This document shows positions 1-8,556 of a stretch of 8,556 nucleotides of DNA, piece after piece (positions within the stretch are counted from its first letter, which is position 1; every line of letters starts with the position of its first letter). Under the pieces are notes generated by a model, which did not search any database, was not told the DNA's origin, and saw only the letters and a program-made list of their open reading frames with translations. The position numbers and the translations under genes were made by a program. Source of the stretch: Geosiphon pyriformis uo1 (taxonomy: Eukaryota; Fungi; Glomeromycota); contig JAAOMT010000020.1 of assembly GCA_016748015.1 (NCBI GenBank), positions 1 to 8,556 on the forward strand, given 5' to 3'.

Positions 1-1291
1 ATAAGGTCCCCAAGATTGAGTGGTAGAGCTTAAGTGTAAATGCTAAGGTAAGAACCCATAGTACTTTAAGTCCCCTTTCCTAGTCATGCTCATTGGTAGA
101 GTTGGTATGGGTAAATGGCCTCAGTCTTGTTACTGTACGGAGGGGGGATAGGTCAGATCATAAGTGTGTACCATTGAGCGCCTAAAGGACCTAATGTTAG
201 CTTAGGGTTATATTAGTGGATCACTAGAGGCTCTAGGAGGTGTACTTCCCTAGCTATATTATAGCCACCCTGTAGAGGACAGTCATGGTATATACACTCA
301 TGGTGGAGATCTTATACTGCTCATACTATGGTAGTGTTGCTATGCTAAGTTACTTACAAAGTATCCGCATTCATAACCACCATCCTTGTAGTGAGGGTAG
401 GAGGTCTAATGGATCTGTTACATTGTTCATACCACGCAATATCATCCCCCTACCTAGTTACTTAGAGCTACAGTGGTCATAACAATCCTGTAATGGAGGA
501 TGTAACTAATAGCAGTTGTACAACTAACCTGGTGATCTTATACTTACACTGATGATACAGGGTAGAGGAGAGGTGGACTGGATTCTTAACAACTAAGGGA
601 TTTCCCACTAAGTATCACTGGAGCCTCAGGAGTTATAGAGGTCATTGGAAATGTACCTGATCACTAGTTAAATTCATACCCCTGTGAGAATCCTTGACAG
701 TCCCTTTGGTATATTACATAGGACTTTTACCTGTTAGATTCAGTGTGGTTAAAGTTAAATTGTGAGCTATAGGCTAGGATCGGATGGGATAGGATTCCAC
801 CATACCCAGTCTAATGGTCCTATTGGTAGAGCATGAGTAGGTAGTGTACAATCCCTTAGGTAGAGGTAGGTCTAGTTTGATCCTCTTTGCTAGTCATGGG
901 TATCTTATTAGGTATTGTACCATATAGTTGAACAAGTTATGGAGTTTAATAAGTAACCCCCAGTTAATTACCTTGGAAGCCCATCCTGATGGTTGATGGT
1001 ACAAGGGTACAAGGTTTAAGGTCATGGTACTCAAATCCCCTACATACCAGATGAGTAGTTTTAGAGTGTAGCTAGCTAGCCGTTACTCATGGATCCTTGG
1101 AGAGTTATAGGGTATTATAGCCAGTATCCATCCTAATCCTTCAGTGAGGACATTAGCCACAGTGATAAGGATATACCGGGTCTACGGGGCTATATCTGAC
1201 TGCTACCTGCCAATCATGTATCCACCCACCCCCTTTTACTGGTGGTCTGGCAGTAGCACTGAACTTCTCTACCCAGCCAGAACCCCCCCCC
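1..1291 (+). repeat. Direct repeat copy 1 of terminal redundancy (period 7265 bp)
   Basis: ATAAGGTCCCCAAGATTGAG at position 1 recurs at 7266. The identical 65-aa ORF appears at 285 and 7550 (offset 7265). No mismatches found by eye up to the C9 run at 1283-1291. Confidence 0.98.
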
Positions 1292-1463
1292 TTACCAAGG
1301 ATCCTTGGGGAGTCCTTTACTTGGCAGGGAGTAACTTCTAAATGTATTTGTGTGTCCAGTGGACAGGGTCCTGGCTGGCTAGAGGCTCTAAGGATATCCT
1401 AAATATATTGTACTGGAGAGGTATTACCTATAACCCCTTATCACTTTGCAATGGACCTGCTTG

Positions 1464-1643
1464 CCCCCCCCCCTCCCATGATTCCCCCCCCCACCCAACT
1501 TGCGGAGGCAGGCATTGGCCCTGCCAAGAGTTGGGCGCCCCATCCTTGCTGGAAGCCAGTGGCGAAGCCTCGCAGGCCCGCGCTTTTGACGGAGGCCCCC
1601 ACCAAAGCTCCAATACCCATCTTTCAAAAGCCCCCCTATATAA
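1464..1643. promoter_or_regulatory. GC-rich structured control-region-like element (candidate origin/promoter)
   Basis: C10 (1464-1473) and C9 (1484-1492). Nested stems CCCAACT 1494-1500/AGTTGGG 1529-1535 and GGCAGG 1507-1512/CCTGCC 1520-1525. CTGG-AAG-CCAG 1549-1559. GCGAAGC 1562-1568. GCTTTTGA 1582-1589/TCAAAAGC 1624-1631. TATATAA 1637-1643. Function is inferred. Confidence 0.55.
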
Positions 1644-1689
1644 GGTACTCTAAAGACCTCACAAGGATCACCAATCATTTAAGACAACA

Positions 1690-2300
1690 TTGCTCTATCT
1701 TTGACTTGTGGCGCCCACAATATAGCTCTTTAGGCAGGCTGATTAGTTCCAGATGTTGGGTACTGTGCGTTGGAGCTAACAGTATTCTAATGTTACTAAC
1801 GGTTATTCCTAATATGGGACCATAATGGGTAATCTCTATATCTTGCCATATTAGGCCGCTCCTAGTTACTCTATACGCTACTCCAATACTTTGTATTGCG
1901 TACTATCAGCCGGTTATCGCTCCCCATCGAATAGAGCCCGTACCAGTAGTAGGATGAGTGAACATAGATCTGGAAGTTGCAAGCCGACTCATAGAAGCCC
2001 GCTTGCTTATAAGGTTCATAGCTTTTGTAATTACCCTTAATCAATAGGGATCGCATTACCAGACAAATGGAGCGCTAAGAGTCCTGGCTACATAGTTATG
2101 CTCTTTGAGTAGGGCCTGATTCTCATTAGTACTTTTGTTAGCTGTCCTATTTGTATTGAGTGGGTTCCATGGACCCTATGCGAAATGAATGATTAGCGAT
2201 GATGGTGGAGTCATAGCGGGCGCTTTGTATTGAAGATAATGGCTATAACAGCTTTTAACTGTGTAGTTTGGCCATCGCCAAGTTTAATTACCCCTTGCAA
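1690..2300 (+). other. Putative cryptic (edited, recoded or pseudogenised) membrane-protein gene, weakly nad2-like; boundaries approximate
   Basis: With TGA=Trp, frame +2 from 1784 to 2236 has about 62 of 151 codons with T at position 2 (hand count). It gives several TM-like stretches: ILMLLTVI, LLVTLYATPILCIA, LLIRFIAFVITLNQ, WFSLVLLLAVLFVLSG. Only TAA 1823, TAG 2045 and TAG 2093 interrupt it. Motifs fall in nad2 order: YCALEL (frame +3, 1761-1778), IAPH, YQTN..LRVLA (2057-2089), LSGFHGPYAKWMI (2156-2194). Confidence 0.35.
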
Positions 2301-2343
2301 CTACTGGGCATATACTCGGTAGGCTATGGGATCCTATGTGTGA

Positions 2344-2377
2344 GCCTGGGGGAGCGGTTTGGTTAGCACTCCCCGGC
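2344..2377 (+). terminator. GC-rich hairpin closing the island (possible termination/processing signal)
   Basis: GGGGAG 2349-2354 pairs with CTCCCC 2369-2374, extended by GCC 2344-2346/GGC 2375-2377. Composition returns to background just after it. There is no U-tract, so it is not a classical intrinsic terminator. Confidence 0.3.
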
Positions 2378-3702
2378 CCTGTAGATTCTACGGTATTATA
2401 GAGTGTACCATGTGGGATCTCCCTCAGTAGATGTAAACTCAGGTAATGGTGACCAGTATTTGTAATAGTATTTACGGTACCTACTAAGTAGATAGACTAC
2501 ATGGGCGTTAAACTGAACTTGTTCTCATCCTCCTATAATGAGCTACCTTACCCTCAGTATCCACTGTCCATACAGCTAATTCTACCCCACCCATAAAACT
2601 GTACAGGTTAGAGGTATGGCAGGGAACCCCCAACTACAGTGTGAGTTTGTATCCTACCAGTAATACTAGGATAACTCCCACATAAAGCTAGGAACTAGGG
2701 TAAGTATAGGAGGGATCCCACATCTCAATGAGGAGTCTCATATAGAGGTCCGGGTAGTACCTGGACGTACCATGACACTTAGTATATTACAGGTGTAACT
2801 TACTTACTATATTACCAATCCATTGAGAAATTGTACCCACACTGTAAACTATCCTTAGTAGTACCCCCCCTCCCAGTGTATAAGATTGACATGGTATTTC
2901 ATATCCGTACAGCGTTCTCAATGAGTAATTAGTAGTTATCATTGTATGGATAGAGTAGGCCTCAGTGGTAGTAGCTAGGAGTACCCATCCTAATATATAC
3001 CTCATACAGCCCCAGTGCTGGACCCAACTAGGGAAGTAGTATCATTGGAGGGGTAATATAAGATACTCCCACTAAGTACTCTATACGCCTTGTCCTAAGG
3101 ATGGGCAGGTTAGAGGCATCTCACACCATGAGCATTGTACCTGGAGGGGTCCCCCCCCCCCCCCCTAGCTAATGAGGTACACTACTTAGTCAAGTATAAG
3201 GGATGGCTATTTGATTTGGTACTCCTACTATCTAAACTGTACCACATAATCCCACCAAGGACTATAGTTATCTAGAGTACCCGCCCGGAGCTAGTATATA
3301 TGTAATGTGTCAACTTCCTTTATAATATACCTATCCTTAGAATTCTGGATGGTTCCCTTCTACCATGCATTGAGTACTACTGGAGTACCGATCTCATATT
3401 CCTTACAGATAAATTACTAGTCATGCTCATGGTACTGGTTAATTGAGCTTGGTATAGGGCTATGGATCCTTGGAGATATAGCTAGGACTAAGTACTATGA
3501 CTATTACCCACGTATTGTAACATGAGTAAGTGTAAGTAGGTAGTAGTAAGTAGTTAGGATAGCATACTGAGTCTTGCTCCTGTTGTAACATACCATTGTG
3601 CGTGTGGCATCAGTACAAATATCCCTAGCCATGACACTTGTGAGGATCTAGATTCTTACCAGTTAGTATAAGGATGGTTCACTTTGGGAAAAGGCTCCCC
3701 TC

Positions 3703-3776
3703 TGGACTGGTAATACACTTAGATCCATGGATATCCCTTTTACCTGGGTAGTATCCTAGTAAGTATAACCAGTCCA
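3703..3776. repeat. Inverted repeat, 13/14 match, 46-nt spacer
   Basis: TGGACTGGTAATAC 3703-3716 versus GTATAACCAGTCCA 3763-3776. The spacer holds the palindrome ATCCATGGAT (3723-3732). Confidence 0.75.
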
Positions 3777-6700
3777 TCCATGGACCTCCCACCACTTTGA
3801 TATGTGTGGATTAGCGTACAAATAAGACGTCCTCACTTAGTGTAATGGTACAAGTTTATACCCATCTCAGCTGATTAACTATACATGGGTATCCCACTGT
3901 CACTTAGAGGTCTGTTTGGTCCTTAAATCTCCCTACCCTAAAGGTACTTGGGTACTGGGTACTGGCCTTGGGTACGTAATATCAGTCATAACTTTAGTGG
4001 TAGTCTCTACTGTACAGGTCCAATGGTACCCATAGACTGGTAATGACTAGCTAGCTCTATGAGTTACAATGGATGGGTAGTGCAGTAGCTTTAGAGGATA
4101 AGGTACAAGGTTCAATCACACCCCTAGCTGGATACGTATGTCATGGTTATAGTAGGATTCAGAGTCCTCCAATCCATAGCTCCTACCTGCTAGCGATCCC
4201 TACATGAACAAGAGTTATCCTTCCTTTACTACGGTGATCGGTTCGGTTGTCAACTGTGTTAGATTATACTAAGCTGCTTAGGAGTTCATAGAAGTTAGTA
4301 AGATACTCAGTATGTTTAGCCTATATGGTATAGGGTATATAGTAGAGGTCAGGTACTATGGTATCCTGTCATAGATGATGGGCTAGATATACCCTACAAT
4401 CTACCTTAGCTAGGATCCAATATATTAAAGGTAGTATGGTACCAAGTGTGGCATGATATAGCTCAATACTACCGAATCCTGTACAAGAGTGTATCCCCCA
4501 TCCCCATCCCCAGTAAGTACTAAGTCAATGGTACCTATTCTCAGTAGTTGGAGAGTTAGGAGTGGTACTCTAGCTCCACTTAATCTCACTAATGTAGTCC
4601 CTGTATAGCTTAGCATTCTATGTAGGATAGGTAGAGAGTAATCATAGGTAAGTACCAGACAAGTACCCCCCCCTTATTACAAGGGTATCTTATAACTGAA
4701 CTATACTTACTAAGAGAGGTTACCTAGTGATAAGATCCTCTCACCCCCCCCCCTGCCTATTCTAGTACCTCATAGAACTTAGTAGTACAGGGTGGTTCCC
4801 TCAGTATAAATGGAGATGGTTAGCTGGTACTTACTGAACTTGTATGTGAGCCTTACACGGTCGGTGCCACTTGTATTGGAGTTACCTTAGAGGTCATACC
4901 CACTAAATACCACTCACTTTATTAGACTTAACTACTAACTAGCCAGTCCCTTGGACCCGTTACTCTCCCGTACTGGGCAATAGTACTGAGACTTGTTATG
5001 GTAGTGTAGCATCTTCAACCTTACAACCAATGGGTGGGTAAGATACTCCATTTAATTCTAGCTAAGTACTCCTCAGGTACATAGTGCTACCACTCATACC
5101 TCCTATAACCTGTTATCTATTTACACTATGATACCCCATGAGCGGTAATATTACTGCTAGCCTCAATGTCCAATCCTAATGATAAGACACTGTAAGGTTA
5201 GTCATACTCAATAGGACTCCCCTATTATCTCCATATCCTCCCCAGTCCCCCACCACCCCCCCCTACCCCTAGCCATATCACCGTCAACTACTTGGTATAT
5301 TGGACTCCATCAATTACCAGTCCCTGTACCCCAACAGTACAATGCCCATTACACTACAGGATAACGAATGGGGAACCTGGTCAGGGTTTAAGGCTTGTAA
5401 CAAGTTCAATAGGGTCAGCTATTACATCTACCAGATACCATATACCCTATACCATAGGTACACTATCTTAGTACGAGTACTTGGTACAGGATATTGGACT
5501 TGAGCAGTACACCCATAGTCTCTAGCCACTACCTTACTACATGGGCATGTACTGATACTTTATGTGATAGAGATAATTCATACCCTATAACTGTACCAGT
5601 GGATATCATTGTACATTGTCTATTGGCAACCTAATCTCCCCCCCCCATCTACAGTGCCATGGGGTAGCAGTACCTTATAGTTATGGGATATGAACTATAA
5701 CTTTGTAACAGTCATTTATCCTACTTAAGCTAGTACACTAAGTACCCTATCCCCTATCACAACTCCTATGATGGTACCCCCCCCCTCATCCCCGCCCTAC
5801 CCCCCCTGTCCCATAGCTCCAGGCAGACCATCCTGAATGTTCTAGGTAGTCTGTACTGATCTTGGGTACACATCTTATAAGAATACGTTATGACTTACTA
5901 CTACTACTCCATCTACATAGATAACTACCTGCCTCATATGGTTAGCTAATATATGGTACTCAAGGACGAGTAAGTGTACAGTGTAAGTATTTGCTAAGTA
6001 ACTAATGATTTTTAGGGTCTAATTCGACTGTATTTGTACTGTACTCTACTATCAGTGGACCGCTAAGGGTCATTGTAGATCCTAGTAAGTTCGCAGTTGG
6101 GTATCCTCAGTCCCCTGTACGGTCCCTTACCTGTACCTGAATCTTAGAAAGTAAATGATCCCAGTACATGGGTAGATGGATAGGGAATCCCATTACAGTA
6201 CACTACCATATATGGAGATCAGGAATAATACATAGGTCAATGATGTTTACCTTTCAATCAGTCTCCTTGGTAGCTCCAGTACCTAATTATGGGGATAGAG
6301 AAGATGGGTATATTACCACTATACCATTTACCCTAATGATACAAGGCTATAGGTGATCCTAGTAGTACAAGATAGTGAAAGGACCTTATTTTACTCATGC
6401 ACTCACACAGCAACCCTGGGGATACACCTACTACTAATACTATTGGAATTTAGGGTTAGGGTTTGGCTATACTAGCAGATTGTAAGGGAATTATAAGTAC
6501 CTATAAGAGTCCCTGCGCCTCAATACCTCATAGCAACCTCCACTGAATAATGACTGATGGACTTGTACCCTTTACTTGTACCATAGTACCTGCCCCCCCT
6601 AGTATACCACTGATCTGGTATCCCGCATGGTTGGTACTGGTAATAGGTTTACTTAGTATAGTGATTTAAGATAGGAGATGGTCATTGATATTACCAGTCC

Positions 6701-7265
6701 TATTAGGTAGTTAAGCATAGTTAATTTCTTCTAGATGATAGCTAGCACCTAGACCCCCATTACATGAGGTAAACAATCTCCCTAGTACTCCTGTCTAAGG
6801 GAGGGGACTGGCAATCCTATTGCAAAGTACTAACATGTAATGGTATCCTAATGGGTACATATCCTGTGGAGTGTTAGGTGAAGTACCTGGGATTGTGGTA
6901 GAGGTATGGGTAAGGGTCTTATGAATAGCTAGGTACTACCCCTATTGCTAAGTTATGGATCTCTATCCTAGTACCCCTTACCAAGTACCTACCAATGACC
7001 TATGATGGTACACCCACAGTCCTTACTTACTCCCACTATAACCGTATTCATCTGGATGTGAGAGTACCATATCCCCAGTACCAGTTACCATTGATACGGG
7101 GACTCCCAGCCCCAATACCTCAGATACTGCAAAGCTTAGCATCCTTACTGGGAGGGTAGAGGGGATGTTGTACCCTACTGACTAATATTCAGATCTGTTA
7201 GCTAGTATACTTATACCCCTAGTACTGGACTGCTCCATCTACTTGCATAGTTAGGAAGTAGTGGT

Positions 7266-8556
7266 ATAAGGTCCCCAAGATTGAGTGGTAGAGCTTAAGT
7301 GTAAATGCTAAGGTAAGAACCCATAGTACTTTAAGTCCCCTTTCCTAGTCATGCTCATTGGTAGAGTTGGTATGGGTAAATGGCCTCAGTCTTGTTACTG
7401 TACGGAGGGGGGATAGGTCAGATCATAAGTGTGTACCATTGAGCGCCTAAAGGACCTAATGTTAGCTTAGGGTTATATTAGTGGATCACTAGAGGCTCTA
7501 GGAGGTGTACTTCCCTAGCTATATTATAGCCACCCTGTAGAGGACAGTCATGGTATATACACTCATGGTGGAGATCTTATACTGCTCATACTATGGTAGT
7601 GTTGCTATGCTAAGTTACTTACAAAGTATCCGCATTCATAACCACCATCCTTGTAGTGAGGGTAGGAGGTCTAATGGATCTGTTACATTGTTCATACCAC
7701 GCAATATCATCCCCCTACCTAGTTACTTAGAGCTACAGTGGTCATAACAATCCTGTAATGGAGGATGTAACTAATAGCAGTTGTACAACTAACCTGGTGA
7801 TCTTATACTTACACTGATGATACAGGGTAGAGGAGAGGTGGACTGGATTCTTAACAACTAAGGGATTTCCCACTAAGTATCACTGGAGCCTCAGGAGTTA
7901 TAGAGGTCATTGGAAATGTACCTGATCACTAGTTAAATTCATACCCCTGTGAGAATCCTTGACAGTCCCTTTGGTATATTACATAGGACTTTTACCTGTT
8001 AGATTCAGTGTGGTTAAAGTTAAATTGTGAGCTATAGGCTAGGATCGGATGGGATAGGATTCCACCATACCCAGTCTAATGGTCCTATTGGTAGAGCATG
8101 AGTAGGTAGTGTACAATCCCTTAGGTAGAGGTAGGTCTAGTTTGATCCTCTTTGCTAGTCATGGGTATCTTATTAGGTATTGTACCATATAGTTGAACAA
8201 GTTATGGAGTTTAATAAGTAACCCCCAGTTAATTACCTTGGAAGCCCATCCTGATGGTTGATGGTACAAGGGTACAAGGTTTAAGGTCATGGTACTCAAA
8301 TCCCCTACATACCAGATGAGTAGTTTTAGAGTGTAGCTAGCTAGCCGTTACTCATGGATCCTTGGAGAGTTATAGGGTATTATAGCCAGTATCCATCCTA
8401 ATCCTTCAGTGAGGACATTAGCCACAGTGATAAGGATATACCGGGTCTACGGGGCTATATCTGACTGCTACCTGCCAATCATGTATCCACCCACCCCCTT
8501 TTACTGGTGGTCTGGCAGTAGCACTGAACTTCTCTACCCAGCCAGAACCCCCCCCC
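7266..8556 (+). repeat. Direct repeat copy 2 (circular overlap or start of next tandem unit)
   Basis: Matches 1-1291 and runs to the last base of the window, ending with the C9 homopolymer. Confidence 0.98.

Larger units (their letters stand above)
1..7265. other. 7265-bp unit; probable circular minichromosome or plasmid-like DNA, mostly non-coding
   Basis: The repeat touches both window ends. No standard-code ORF exceeds 124 aa. Composition is uniform apart from one island. Circularity and organellar origin are inferred. Confidence 0.65.

Noticed and set aside
1342-1825. Overlapping ORFs of 103, 84, 61 and 124 aa
   Set aside because: They are Pro/Gly-rich by-products of the stop-poor, GC-rich hairpin region. 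Only the 3' end of the 124-aa ORF overlaps the hydrophobic frame discussed above.
1905-1918. Minus-strand GATAACCGGCTGAT resembling LSU rRNA GATAACAGGCTGAT
   Set aside because: The expected downstream peptidyl-transferase motifs (such as ACCTCGATGT) are absent at the right spacing.
2147-2236. cox3-like reading (GFHG ... ALYW)
   Set aside because: The second His of GFHGxH and the HFVD motif are missing and the spacing is far too short. nad2-like motifs explain more of the island, but cox3 is not strictly excluded.
2288-2311. Minus-strand TGCCCAGTAGTTGCAAGGGGTAA resembling the SSU rRNA 530 loop
   Set aside because: It needs several indels, and no other universal SSU motif was found in order.
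4225-6110. tRNA genes near GTTCG/TTCGA words (about 4241, 6022 and 6090)
   Set aside because: I could not build a cloverleaf by eye. Truncated organellar tRNAs would need MiTFi or ARWEN to exclude.
285-6356. Remaining 61-72 aa ORFs (285, 1144, 1871, 2787, 4425, 5300, 6168, and the copy at 7550)
   Set aside because: Their lengths are at chance level and they have no recognisable motifs. The 1871-2056 ORF is antisense to the better-supported + strand frame.
2400-7265. Fungal RIP-degraded repeat or rDNA unit
   Set aside because: TA is high, but CA/TG remain common, the DNA is not strongly AT-rich, and no rRNA or transposon relic is recognisable.
1-8556. LTR retrotransposon with 1.3-kb identical LTRs
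   Set aside because: The repeats are cut by the window edges and lack TG...CA ends, and I see no gag/pol remnants in the interior.

Overview
The window is one 7265-bp unit followed by a second copy of its first 1291 bp (1-1291 = 7266-8556). It is therefore most simply a small circular DNA with assembly overlap, or a head-to-tail concatemer. About 87% of the unit has no credible ORF and a strong word bias: CG-poor, TA-rich, many GTAC/CTAG/CATG/GATC words, no long A/T runs, and long C runs on the + strand only. One ~0.9-kb island (about 1460-2380) differs, with roughly 4-fold more CG. It has three parts: a GC-rich hairpin cluster ending in TATATAA, a ~600-nt stretch that reads as a stop-interrupted multi-pass membrane protein with weak nad2-like motifs when TGA=Trp, and a closing GC hairpin. 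My best reading (inference, moderate-to-low confidence) is a one-gene organellar, probably mitochondrial, minichromosome whose gene needs RNA editing or stop-codon reassignment. I recognise no standard-code gene, rRNA, tRNA or mobile-element protein.
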